Of a DNA stretch of 64,000 bases, positions 40,783 to 53,823 are shown in pieces (the stretch's first letter is position 1; the number at the start of each line of letters is the position of its first letter). The position numbers and the translations under genes are program-made. This stretch comes from Ramazzottius varieornatus. Taxonomy: Eukaryota > Animalia > Tardigrada. A model generated the notes under the pieces. It did no database searches. It had not been told where the DNA came from and saw nothing but the letters and a program-made list of their open reading frames with translations. Location of the stretch: positions 4,888,448-4,952,447 of the forward strand of contig BDGG01000002.1 of NCBI GenBank assembly GCA_001949185.1. The letters run 5' to 3'.

Positions 40783-41562
40783 TGTCTAAGCCGATCCAGG
40801 GACACTTCCGGCAGGCGACAACGAAGAAGAGTAAGTACGGTCCTTCCGCAATGGACCTAGAAACAAAGCACAGAAAACGGCCTCGAACACTTCGCCAGCC
40901 GTGAAGACCATCGCGGAAGACATTACTTGATGGCGCAATATCTATGCCAAAAAAGCCTGGAAGGTATAGACCGCGTAATAATTTGCTCATCATGATTCTC
41001 CTCACTGACACTTCGTACACCATTTCGCAATTTTGTTCACTACTCCGTCAGAGCTTTGACTCCGTATACAAGACTAGTTTTTGCGAAATAGGTCGATTGA
41101 TCGATGGTGCAGTTCCGACAAGAAGGTGAAATTGAGTCGGAAGGCTATCAACAAAACTGTTCTTCCGACTACGAGGTATAAGTTGCAGCGGCAACGGAGT
41201 AAATGCAGGCGCCGCTTCGTTCTTGAAACTGAAAACCCAGGCTAATCACCGGCCAGAGCCTGACCTAGCAATCAAAATTATGAATGAGTGACTTTTCCTA
41301 CTTTCATCGTTCCGGCCGTATGAAACGATTCATAATAAGATGGAAAGGTATTAATCTAGAAACTTTGATTGAACATGTGAAACTGATCACAAGGGTTCTT
41401 CCGTAGAATTTTCGTGGAACTGACTAAAATTCTGAAACCGATTACCACCAGACGTTTGATTTACACAAAAAGGTAAGCAAAGCTCAGAAACAAAAGTCAG
41501 CTTTACAAAACATTCCACAAACTTTGAGAGTAAGGATTGATTTCGGGTTCTTATGACTTGAC

Positions 41563-44500
41563 TCACTTCTGTGCTTTCTGAGCTCGTCGTTGTGCCAGCC
41601 AGTTCTCGATCTCGGTCCTCAGCTGATCCATCGGCACGACCTGGTCCATAGTGAGGGGTTGTCGGTTGAAAGGGTCCATCTGATCAGTCAAGAGGATCCG
41701 AGCGATGGTCGAGCGATCCAGGACTTGTCCGGACGAGGGAAGCTTGACGGGGTCTCTCATCAGCGTGTCCATCAGGGCATCTCTGTATTCACTCGGCATA
41801 TCTTCACTGAACTCTTCTTCCTCATCCACCGTCGCTTGTGTCACTTCGACATTCCTGGCCAGTCTTTCAATGCCATGAATCAGTTGTCCATGCGCCCCGA
41901 TCATACCCAAGACTTCCGCCGTCTGCTTGAACAACTGAGGGTTGTACGAACGTTTGTCTTGACAAATTGCCAGAAAGAACTCCTTGCGAGCATCGTGCGA
42001 ACCCAGATCGACGTAGATCTCACAGATCACTTTCACCATTTCCTTCGGTTCGAAAGAGTACTGATCATAGTCTTTCACCTTATAGGCAGTACGCTTCTCG
42101 GGACTGACTAGATTCTGTAGAAAGTTATTCAACATCACAGCTAAACGATCCACCATCACGTTACTCAACATGATGCGAGCAGGGTTCTTCAGCTTGGTCA
42201 GGCTCTTTAGGCACTGGATGGTTTCTCGGCCGAGGATGTTGTGGTAGCGGGCTGTGTCACCGTACTGCTTGAACTCGGCCTCCTTCTCTTTACGTTGCTC
42301 TTCCGACAGACTTGCCCACGTTGGCTGTTCGGCTTCCATCTTCTTGATCTTGCCCAAGTACTCGAGAGCACCTTCCAGCATGTACGTGGAATCGTTGACC
42401 AGGTGGTTCAAGAACTTGAGGAACAGAGGAGCGTTGGCATCATTCAGACTGGCCAAAGACTCGCTTGCCAGTTCTTCCACTCTAAATCACAATTTATCCT
42501 CGCAACCTCAATACGATACAGCACGACTTTTCCGTTTTGAACTGCGATCACATTTGATAACTTTACCTTTGCTTATGGTAGTCGAAAGTGAAAAGGTATT
42601 CCATAATTGCGTATAAAGGCCTGTAAAATAAGGGTAGGATTCGAGACTGAGAAGAGGTTCTGTGAAGCTTTCTGCAGCTCTGTTATTGATTACCGTCGGT
42701 AGTGGAAAGCTTCTCCGAATCGCAGAGTGGTGTTCCCAGCCATCTCGATACTGACGAAGATGTCCAAGACTGTGGGGAAGAACTCACGCTTGTACTCGTG
42801 CTCCTTGAACAGACGCTCCTTATGGGTGTCCAGCAGTGCGAACAACGCTGCATGTCTGGAATCCCTGTGCGTATCTGCGTGCCGGTTATACGGCATCAGG
42901 TTATGCATCAAGGAAGCCATCTTTGCCCGTAAATGCGGATTGTTGATTCTGCCAGAGCTTGACATGAATATCAATGCCATATTCATCAGCTCCACCATCC
43001 ACTCGTACTGCCAGTCCGTGGTCTGGCCAGTGGTCGCCGGCAGACGCGCGTTACACGTCAGAACCTCTATCACGTTCTCGACTAATAGTTCTGGGATATA
43101 GGCTAAATGCAGAGGAGGCTGTGGTGTGTGAGGGAAGAGAGGAAGGTAGTCTACCGGCAGTTGAGAGGGCAGTGCGGACAACCTACCGAGAAACCCAAAT
43201 TAGTACTTCAGCTGGAAAGTCGGTACAGACACTGTGCCAGTTCTTCGGGAACTCGCACACAACTTTGCTTTGACAGTATGCAGGTGAATTGAAGGTATAC
43301 ACGGTAGTGACAGTGAACCTGCCTACCTACAGCCGGAGCATTACAAAGGTGCGGTAGTATGCAGGTACCTGACAGACTCGTAACTGTCGATGGATGACTT
43401 ACGGTTGGACGGCCATCTGTGAGAGCCACGTAGCAGTACAGACGGAGAATTCGATCATCAGTTCCATGTTTTCCGGGAGGGTTAGGGCGGCTTTCATAGA
43501 CAGGTGACGCGAAGCTAGGCGCTGGATACTCTGTTCGATGAGCTGCACTTCTTCCGAGTTGCCACTTTCTCGGGCTTGATTAAGGCGATCCTCCACCTCG
43601 TTCAGCGCGCGGTTGAATTTACCGAAGCGGTCCCATAACACATTCCATCCAAGGCGAAGTGCTTCGTGGCACAGGAAGAAGCAAGAAGACAGAAAGTTAC
43701 ACTCGGAAGGCATCTGAACGGACGGCGAGTTTTCTGAAAAAAGAATGAATATTCACACACAAGTTTACTAGTTCATTTCTCGTCTTCTCACCAGGCTTGG
43801 GCATCAGAGTGGTTTCTTCGGGCATCTTTCTCAAGTAAATGCCGGAATATGCCCACAAAGGATGGATCTTCAGTATTCTTGGGTTCTTCGTTGGACGGAC
43901 GAAAGGACGGCATAGGCGTAGTATTACAGCTGACAAGTTCAGAATGAACCCGTCAGATGCCAAGCGAATCTGGAACTGCATGTTTTGCTGCCACATCTTG
44001 GCTCGACCAAAGTTCGCACTGAGACAGTCCCCGAACCACTTCAAGACCTGCTCTCGAAGTTCCGGCGACTGACGGACGATGTTGTTGAAAATGCCGAAGA
44101 CAGCTTCCACAGCACGGTTGGTGTTAGTCCAGACGAACTTTTCGGTTGTGGCAATCTCGGTTGGATTTATACCACCGGCTGTCGTACTCTGAAAGAATTC
44201 CGGCGGAACGTCGTGGTGCTCGGGAAGGCAGGACAGCTTCACCAGGTTCCCTATCAAGGTCTGCTCGAAACCAGCAGCTTGTCGGTTGCTTTTCGGACTT
44301 GAGAAATCCATCAGCAGCTTTGCCGTTCCGGGGTTAGAGCTGAATGTAGTGACTGCAAGCACAGAAACCCGTATAATGAGCTATTCATAATTATACTACA
44401 GGAATACAGGGCAAGATGGGAAAATCGGCCACCCCCAATACATCACATGTACGACGGAACAAAACTAACACAGGTGGCCGAATAGGCGAACTCACCCAGA

Positions 44501-45198
44501 TGCACCACAGCATCGAAATCTTGCATCTTCATTAGACCGAAACCCTGAGCTTTTGTACAACACATTTCCAGTATGGCGAAAGCTCCTTGTCTTAGGAAGT
44601 CGCTCGAGCCTTGTCCAAACAGCTTGTGAAACAGCTGAACAACCTGTGCTTCGTGCGAATTCATCTCTGTCCAGTAAAACACAGCCAGATTGTGCGCAAC
44701 ATTGGACGAGCGCAGCAACTCTGGTTCTTCAAAGCCCAGCGCGAAATGCCTCATGATGCACTCTTCCAGCCCATCGAAGACTCTAGCGGCGGGGGGTCTG
44801 GTGTCGGACTGTCTTGCTTGTTGGAGACGAATGAAGCATTCACCCAAGTATGTAATGACTTCGGACTGATCAGGCTTTCCGTACAGGCTGATCCACTTGC
44901 CACTTTGGTTAGCGACGAGACTGACGGGTAACTCATCGGCTGGCATCAGTATACGCGTAAAGAAAAGGTTCTCCAGGCTTTCCAAGCTGATGAGGGTTTC
45001 GTTCGATGAGGCTCCAAGGTTGACAGCTGATCGTGGTCCATTCGGTCCGAGGTTGCGTGGATCCAAAGTCACCAACAAGATGTTCTGGATCAGTCGATTG
45101 TCCTCTAGGTCTTGAGCAGATGCGGTCGAGCTGACGTCCATCAGTTCCTCCATTCCCTTTACGATAGGTGTTTTGTCCTCTATCCTGATATCATCCAT
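41563..45198 (-). CDS. UBE4A: U-box ubiquitin conjugation factor E4 (Ufd2 family), UBE4A-like
   Basis: ASDGFILNLSAVILRLCRPF, NNPHLRAKMA, FLKFLNHLVNDSTYMLE, U-box DALMDTLMRDPVKLPSSGQVLDRSTIARILLTDQMDPFNRQPLTMDQV. Confidence 0.92.
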
Positions 45199-45340
45199 CC
45201 CTAGAGCACCGTCGGTCAAGGATCAAATAGCCACCTTCAAAAAACTTTGACGTGAACGAATACGTACGAGCGATTCTGACTGTGCAAGCTGCGTGTATTC
45301 TGTTCTTACATGACATACTTCTGCGCACTGGTACCGCAAT

Positions 45341-45350
45341 GTCATGTGAC
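45341..45350. promoter_or_regulatory. M-box/CLEAR-like E-box GTCATGTGAC upstream of UBE4A
   Basis: Exact motif about 140 nt upstream of the ATG, among several TGACAT half-sites; related copies at 7996-8005 and 32111-32119. Confidence 0.35.
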
Positions 45351-45432
45351 TCATGTCATACATACAGTGTGCGGCCCCAGTTTATGACATGACAAAACCA
45401 CAAATACAGTCCTACATGTGAGATGTCAGATG

Positions 45433-45850
45433 TAGAGCACGGAATCTGGCCGCATGCGCTGCAGTGCACTGCGGCTGTGCTGCAGCGCATGAACTGACGA
45501 AATTTGTACAGCACAGCACAGCATACAGCAGAAAGCCATAGACTACCGCGCGGATGCACCTACCGAAACCTGACAAAAATTACAGTTTTTGGGCATTCGA
45601 ACGTCAGCCGTCTCAGCTTTGCTGTACTTTAGGGCAACGTTCTCCAGGTGGACTACCGATTTCACTGACTGAATTACAAACCACCTCAATACACTGGCGT
45701 TCCGCGCAGTTGCACCAGGTCGACGTGCATCTGCAGCACAGCTGCTTAGCCACTGGGCATGAACGTTGTGCAGCACAGCGCAGCGTACAGCACCCTGGTA
45801 ATTTGCGCAGCACAGTTGCAGCGTACTTCTAAACCTGCGGCCCAGTGCTC
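45433..45850. mobile_element. Non-autonomous hAT-like MITE with GCAGCAC subterminal repeats
   Basis: Degenerate inverted ends (tagagcacgg..ggccgca / tgcggcccagtgctc), inverted GCTGTGCTGC/GCAGCACAGC arrays, and an 8-bp flanking direct repeat gtcagatg (45425-45432, 45851-45858). Confidence 0.65.
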
Positions 45851-46123
45851 GTCAGATGTGACGGTTCAAGCGCCCGAAATCAGTTCCGAATGGTTCATAT
45901 GTGCACGAAGTTGCTCGCCATGCTATTCGCATGAGGCCGACCAGCTGATCAGACACGCGCTTGATTACTAGATCAAGTAAAGCCATACCCGAACGTCAAA
46001 AAGCTGATCGTGCTGGGCCGTGCATGGCCTGCAGTCTCGTGCAGAAACGCTGTTCGGTTGCAAAAGAAGCAATTGCCAATTGTCACATCTCACAGGTAGG
46101 ACTGTAAATAAAAAGGCCCAGAC

Positions 46124-46748
46124 TAGCGCTGGCAACGATACGGTATACCGATATCGTATCGAAATATATCGAATCTTTGCGATAAAATATGCGATAGATA
46201 TCGTATCGATGATATCGATATGAAGCTCATATCTAGCAACGCGATAAAACATTCGGCTATATCGTATCGCTCCATATCGATATATTTTCGATATATCGGT
46301 ATTTTGCTGAATGGCAAACTCGCCAGTGATATCTCGTTTACGGAAGACCATGGTGGATTTCAAAACTTGGTTTTAGCCATGGTGTACCGAGCACACTCCA
46401 CCCATTCGGTTCTGGTACTAATTCTGTCCAGGTTTCCATGTGTTTGAAGTCTTGGTATAATCATGTCTTTGCTGCATCCGACGCTTTCGATCTTACTAGT
46501 ACTTTATGTGAAAATCGCATTCTTGGTTTTTTGAACTTGAACCAGTGGAATTCCGAAAACTAAAATTCCAGGAATATCGATATATCGATGCGATATGGTA
46601 CGATATATTGAAAATACCGGTACGGTAACGGAAAAATATCATATCGAAATATTGATATCGAATGAATATCGAAGACCGCGATAAAATATCCGGCAATACT
46701 TTATCGAAGAATATCGTATCGAATTTTATCGTATTTTTGCCAGCACGA
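46124..46748. mobile_element. Non-autonomous hAT-like MITE with ATATCG/CGATAT subterminal arrays
   Basis: Ends tagcgctggcaacgatacg / cgtatttttgccagcacga are imperfect inverted repeats; both arms are packed with ATATCG/CGATAT/ATCGAT; no TSD recognisable. Confidence 0.65.
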
Positions 46749-47236
46749 AAAATGAGTTGCAACGTTACTGATAAGCGAAGCAACTGATCAGAACTTTGAA
46801 TAGTTGGGGAGCCACTGTGCTTCTCAATGCTAGCTAACCGTAACTTCGATTACGCTATTTTCCGAAAATAAGGGGAGCTCCGGGAAGCAAAATGTAGTTA
46901 CACGTCACGAAAGAGGCGGAGCAAGGCCGTAGCTACAGTTGCAAAGTGAAAGGGAGTTGCAACTTAATCTCTATAATGACAACATCACAGAGGCTACAGT
47001 TAGACGTAGCTGACGATACAAGATATTCAGTGGCGATTTCGACTCTCCCTCGCGATTCGAACAGTTGAACCGCGAACCCGACCTCAGAACTCTCACGTAA
47101 AACAAGGAAATAAAAGTCCGCTAAACGGGATGTGCAATGGCACCACAATATCACAGAAAGAGAATTGCGTTTGCAGTCGTTCGTCTCTCACGTTTCGACA
47201 CTGAGCAGTTCCGCATTGCAAAGAGGTTTCCGTCGG

Positions 47237-48819
47237 TTATCGTAGGCTTTTTATCATTTTCCGGACTTTGGCGGATCCGTATTTCACGGATTTGATCAGC
47301 CCTGCAACCAAGAGCAATGTAACTCTCTTCCACCATATCGTGTAAACGACAGACAGCATTCTTCATCTGCACCTTACCGGCCGTAAATATCCCTTTCGCA
47401 CTCTGCCACCTACTGGAATAGCTTACGATATCGTGACAAGCTACAAAGAGATGGAAATTCCAGGAGTTTTACTTCGCTAAAAGAAGCTCTAGTATGCGGA
47501 AGAGATGAGTATCGCTTTTAACATTACCAACCTGTGGAAACAGATTTTCCGACGTCCGCACCGTGCGCCACTCCGTCAAGAATGACCGAAATATCCTTGT
47601 TCCGGTTACCTTTCAGATTATTCCTGACAATTTTGTCGCGAACATTCAGAGGTAAATCGGACAGCAGCGTAAAACGGGCTGCGGGTGATCCATCTTGCTA
47701 CGGCAGAACGGGAGGTTCGCCATTGTGTAGGTGTTATCCTATCAGCTAGCTTACATCATGTAGAAGTACGTACCCAAAAAGTGCGATTATTCGCGCTGCA
47801 GTCCACTTCCTGGAGCTTCTCCAGCACGGGCCGGTATAGGTCGTGAAACCTTTCCATATGAGGTATGACGATGTTTCTAACTTTATTCCTGTCTTCTCCA
47901 AACTTCATCCTAAAATCGCCTGCAGATCGTTCGAACTGTTGTAGCAATGAAACCCGGATATCGAAAGATCCGCCCTTGAATCACCTTACCGGTGTACGAG
48001 AGTCCAGCAATTGTCAAAAACAAATCTTCGTCTGTGAATGCATCGGGCAACAGCAACAAGGAAGTCTGGACGGCTGCTTGCAAATTCGAACGCAGACAGT
48101 CCTGTTGGTTAATGTCCAGAGCGTCTTCGACCACCAGAACCTAGGGAACAGCAAAAAAGTACGAGTAGACCCATTCGCACCACGCGGCTACATGGCCCAC
48201 CTATGGGTATTTGAAATCGTCCTTACCGGTTTATGTAATCTCCCGCTAATGTATAGTGTAGTCCAATTGCGCAGATCCTTCCTCAGATCAGCAGTCGCAA
48301 TCACGCCATATTTTACCAGCTGACAAAACAAAATAATTTATCATAATTATCCGTTTTTTGTCCATCACGAATCCGCCGCATCACAGATACGCCAGGCCGA
48401 CAAGTAGAGCTCTAAGGCATCTTCGCACATACTCTATCTTCGAATGGGACCAGCGAGTTGAAGTAGACCGCGGCGCCGAATCCACACTGTACTTCGGCAA
48501 GGAATTTGGCTCCACCATATTTCAGAAAGGAATAGTGCCGCCTATTGAGCGCCAGATTCTGCTCATGCCACGCAACAGGATCGTCCACCACGACCACGTA
48601 GTCCAGCATATTGGCCTACAAAGACGAGAGCGAATGCAGATGAAGACATCGTCGCTGAACAGAAAACGCATGGTACTTCCGGAGCCTTACGTTCTCATCT
48701 CCATGGCCCAGTTGCTTGAAAATGCCAGAACCATATCCGAAGATTAAGCGCACGTCGGGCGGGATGGATCGTGCAAACGCCTTGTGTATCGTATTCTCCG
48801 CCGCTCGAAGATAAGCCAT
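47237..48819 (-). CDS. TAMM41: Mitochondrial phosphatidate cytidylyltransferase Tam41
   Basis: [101 protein letters not shown]. Confidence 0.95.
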
Positions 48820-49244
48820 GCTAAGTCGGTGTTCTTTCTGCTAGAACAGTCATCTCCGGAGGGGAAGACCATATCGCAAATTCGCAATCCGCACTCACAA
48901 AATCTTACTGTTAGGTGGCGAGAGGTCAGCCAGCCGGGGGGATGGGGTTGGACACTTGGTACGTACAAGTGGGAGAAGGGGAAAACTATCGAAGTGATGC
49001 CCTGATTGCATACTTGTCGATTGAACTGCGCTAGATACAAGGGTTGAGAGCTTGAGGTCGAGGATACAGCACGACTATGCAGCACGTCGTCTAATGTGGC
49101 AGCACATGAGATGATCGATCGTCGAGCAAGGAATTTCTGGACTTTGCGGCCATCTGTTCAGCCATTCTTCACGCTCCGAGATCTTCCGTTTTCGGTGTTT
49201 GCGCTGGTTACTTGGGGACACAAGGATTTGTAGAGGATACAAGG

Positions 49245-52200
49245 ATGGCTACAGTGGTTTTGGCTCTGGAGTTGATCTCGGTGTTTGTGCTGACGCTGGC
49301 AGTACTCCACCAATATGGCAACTGGCGCACTCAGCATCCCATTGTTACCGTCGCCGTCTTTGTGGCGTGGTATTTCTCCTTTCTTATCATATTTATCGTG
49401 CCTATGGATGTATCGTCGGTACGCCTTTCTGCTCCAAATGTAAGAAAACATGTTCGCAGTGCCAACTCTGATTTTCGTTTTTAGACGCTATATCAACAGT
49501 GTTTGAATCCTCTGGGTCTCCATAATACTTCCGAGGAGCACTTCAACGTTACAAGCCTGTCCCCGAACATCATAAAGAACGTTACGGTCGTAATGAACTT
49601 CGAGTATAACGAAACCGTCGAAGCTTCGGTGGTCCTGGACTGCGAGGCTCCCTGGAGCTACGTTGACCCTCGGGTGCTGCCCAAACTATGGCTGATATTA
49701 TACTGGACGTGTCAGTTTCTCACTTGGTACGTACAATAACATTATACCGGGCTTCCGAAAAGAGGCTAATAATGCTCTAATTGTAGAATTGGTTGGTTTG
49801 CAGGTTTCTTCTACCGTTGATGCAGTCATACGCGATGGCCGGAGAGTTTTCCGTGGGCGGGAAGCTCTTGGCTTCCTTGAAGCGAAACGCGATCTACTAC
49901 GGGACATACCTGTTAATCTTCGGAATACTCCTCATCTATTTAGCGACCAGGCCCGGCGTTCATCTCTCGGGGTAATGAACACGATCGTCATTGAGTTTTC
50001 CCGAGTTAATGTAGGCCGAATCTGTTTCTCACAGATCGAAGCTATATACCCTGTTGGTCACAGCGAGCAACACATGGGGCTTGTTTCTACTCATCCTCCT
50101 GTTGGGATACGGGCTTGTTGAGATTCCTCGCGGTATTTTCAAACGGTCGAACCTGAGTTATCAGCTGGCTTATACCCAGTTCAAGCTCGCTAAAGTCTCT
50201 GTTGAAAAGGCGGAAGCAGACGAAGAGATCGCCGATATTTTCTCGGTAAGCTTTCATAGGATACAGTAACGACGTGAGTGATGTCGATACAGCGTAACAG
50301 TGAAGATCACGTACAATGTTTGTACAGGAGATCCGCAAAATGGTGCCCCAGTTGAACGAGCGACATCATCTGCGGAAATGTCTCGATGTTATGATCAGCA
50401 AGGTATGGTGAACAACTCAACATAACTGGTTATAATTGAATTTAGATCCGTATTAATGTTGTTCGTTGTGTGATCTCAGTGTCCGGATGACATTCAGCAG
50501 TCGTTGACTAATCCGCCCGCTGGACGCACGAGCGATAGGAGTGGCAACGTAACTTCCGGTATCGTGCCGACGGAAAGCAGTCTGGCTTTCCTTCACAAGC
50601 GAATGATCGCATCAATACATCGACAGTTCAGAGCGTCCAGCACGTGGATAGCTCTGTTGGAAGAGGGTTTCGAGCTGGAGGACTGTATTCGGAACCAATC
50701 TAACATCGACCGAACTTTCAGACCGACATTTCCGGTCAGTCACGGAAGACTATACACAAAGTTTTGCAATCCAAAACTTGGTATGTTAGTCTTTTGAACA
50801 TGAACCGGGCGTTTCAAGGTTCTTTAACTATAGTTCTCATTGCATCTTCCAACAGAATGGATCTGGAAATGCCTTCTTAGACAGTGGGTACTGAAATTCG
50901 TGGCGGTGGTCATGGTCATCGTGACTCTCATGGTCGTGTGGTCGGAATGCACGTTCTTCGTTGTCAGACCGGTTCTATCGATCTTTGCCAACTTCGTGGA
51001 CCTGGCCTCGGCTCACAAGCAGTATTTCCACGTGGAGGTACGATTCTTCTCATCTCTTATCGGATGTATCTGTATTGCTTTCTGCGTATATTCGGTTCTG
51101 ACAAATTAAATTTCCTAATATATAAACTGAAAGTGTGGTTCTCTCCACAGGTGGCTTCCTTCTTCATCATCGCCTTCCTCGCCCTGTGTACTTATCGCAC
51201 CGTGTTCAAGATTCGCGTATTCAACTATTACCATGTGGCGCCGAGGCATCAAACTGATGAAAACACTTTGATATTCTGTGGAGCGTAAGTCGGACTTCTT
51301 CTAGATAGAGCCAAACGAATCACAATATACGATGAGCCAATGGATATTTTGACTGTACGTTTTGCAGGCTGTTATGTCGATTGACTCCTCCTATGGTTTT
51401 AAACTTCCTTGGTCTGATTCACATGGACTCTCACATCATCAAACAACAGACAGCGGAAACTGCGTTTACCAGGGTAAGATGGTGATATTCGGTGTACTTG
51501 CGAAGATAGTTATAGTTATACCCTATAACCATTCCTTGCACAGATAATGGGGCATATGGATGTCTTGCCGATCATCTCGGACGGCTTCAACGTCTACTTT
51601 CCCATGCTGATCGTGGTATTGTGTTTGGCCACTTACTTCCGATTGGGATCGCGGTTCTTGAACTTTGTGGGGTTCCAGCAGTTCATTGGCGATGATGAAA
51701 TGGCAGTCGATCTGGTCAACGAGGGACGTGAACTCATGCAGCGAGGTTCGTTTTTCGTACCTCCTACGTTCGCTTCAATTGGGTCTCGAGCATAATAGTT
51801 ACGCATGTTTACTTCACAGAGCGCAGAAAAAGACTTCGCTCAGAGGAGACCAAAAGTCGACGGGAAAACCTACTGCAGTTGGTCAATAATACATCCAACT
51901 TTGGCCGAGTTAGCCGCTACACGAGGAACCCACGTAAGTTTTGCGGTAATATGCGAATCTTTTCAGCTTTTGTTACTGACGATGCTGTGACTAATGTCGA
52001 TGATTTGTCGCAGTGTCGGGGAAAGGAACTCGCGATTCGCAGAATGACCCTTCGTATCATTATCGTAAATTTGAGAACGAGGAAGCAACGGTGGCTTCGG
52101 ACTTCGCCGCTTCGTCGCGGACGCAGCTTCGGGATACCGAATCGAGGATGAGTAACGACCCGGTTACTCTTGATCTTTCAAATGATTTGCATTCCACAGA

Positions 52201-52291
52201 TAGAAATTATCAAACTACTTCGTCATCGTACGAAGTAGGCAGCTTGTCTAACCATAGACACCCACCTCGAAATTTATTCGACGATGTGTAA
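49245..52291 (+). CDS. LMBRD2: LMBR1 domain-containing protein 2
   Basis: [98 protein letters not shown]. Confidence 0.95.
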
Positions 52292-52450
52292 GGTGTAAAA
52301 GAGTTTTTTATTTCTGTGTATGATTTGTCTTGCTCCAAAAATGCACCGGTGAAAACACATCTAATTTTATTATCGCTTGAATTTTTATGTGGTGATGGCC
52401 TTATTGTCAAGTGACCCTAGTTCTGTTAGCTTTAACGAAAAACTCTTTGT

Positions 52451-53189
52451 TCATGTGCGGTTTATTTTGTCCAGCTCTATGGATTTTCTTGTCGATAAAA
52501 TCTTCCTGTTGTTTGCAACTGCGATTTGCGTGTAGGCAAAGTATCCCGCAACAATTTCTGTAGCAACGAAGGCGAGCAGTAAACAGTCTAAGATCCATTC
52601 GGCAAGCGTCAAATGGAAACGGATCGTGGTCAGTTGTATTATGAGAAGTGGCGCTTGTAGGAATATGGAAAGCGAGAGGAAGCCTCCTAGAGCTCCAGGC
52701 TACAAGAAAGAACGAAGACAAAAATAAACTTCAGAAGCCATGTCGATCTGACTGTTCATAACGCGATGACTCACGTTCTCTGACAGATTGCCCAAATACC
52801 CGAAGAACAATCGTAGACCTTCGAAGAGTGTGTTGAGTGCCAGGAGAACAGGACCCAGTACGACCAGTACGTCATCCAAGAGCCCATGCTGCGAAGCACA
52901 ACCCATGAAGTTCTTACGATACCGTGTATGTAATAATGTGATTGAGATAGGTCTTGCGATCTTACCTTGGCACGTGTAGCCCAGCAGCTCACCGCGAACC
53001 AGACAGGGAAGAACCAGACGTTGAGCAACAGTAAAAGTTGCAGGCCGAGATGGGAGGCTATTGGCGCACCTGTAAATTTCGAAATACCAGCTTAACTCTG
53101 CGCCGAAACAGGGAATTTTGAGCTTCTGTGTACGACTTACCGAGCTTCAGGAACCTTAAGTCTTCATGCTCGGGGCTGCTACCACTCAT
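52451..53189 (-). CDS. TMEM17: Ciliary transition-zone membrane protein of the TMEM17 family
   Basis: SHLGLQLLLLLNVWFFPVW, FEGLRLFFGYLGNLSEN, LGGFLSLSIFLQAPL; four TM segments over four exons. Confidence 0.85.
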
Positions 53190-53823
53190 CGTGGAAGACA
53201 GGCCAAGCAGGATTTATGTATTACTGATCAGTCAGATCAGACAATATCACCTTCTTTACTTCGGGAACCCAAACAAGTCTTGTCCAGGCGGACATAGGAC
53301 CCGAACGAAGACCACTGTAGGTGCTATAAAATTCTTCCGACGAAGATATATTTCAGGATCTACGCACACTATGATCCAGCCTTGGAAAATCGATAGGCAG
53401 CATGCAGTGTTTCGAGCACTCATGCCCGAAAAGTGTGCACCTTATCTCCGCACCTTGATCCATAACGCATTCAGACAGGTATAGTACAGTGCATTGCCGC
53501 CAATTCCATATCACTCTTTTGATGCGTTGGCATGTGAGTACAGTAGGCAAACGCAGTCTATGAGAAATTCAAAACTCTCTGTTCTCGAGAAGACAGATAA
53601 GAAACTCCACAATCAGCACAGCAAACTCAAAAAGTAAGATTCATCCAGTCAAAAACAAGAAAAAGAAATGAGCATTGTTGAAGAGCAAAGATTCACGGTA
53701 CATGGAAGTGTTAAAGATTCAAAATTTGTATTTTTGAGCAACAAGCACAGTATCGTCGAACACTCACCAAATGCTCCGAAAAAACATCCCTGTCACCAGC
53801 GGCATGATAAAACTTCAAACCAT

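Noticed and set aside
45356-45971. Cys/Ala/Gln-rich ORFs resembling metallothionein-like peptides
   Set aside because: They derive from GCAGCAC repeats of the TSD-flanked MITE.
45968-46783. I/Y/R/D-rich ORFs (45968-46363, 46496-46783 and others)
   Set aside because: Translation artefacts of the ATATCG arrays in the MITE.
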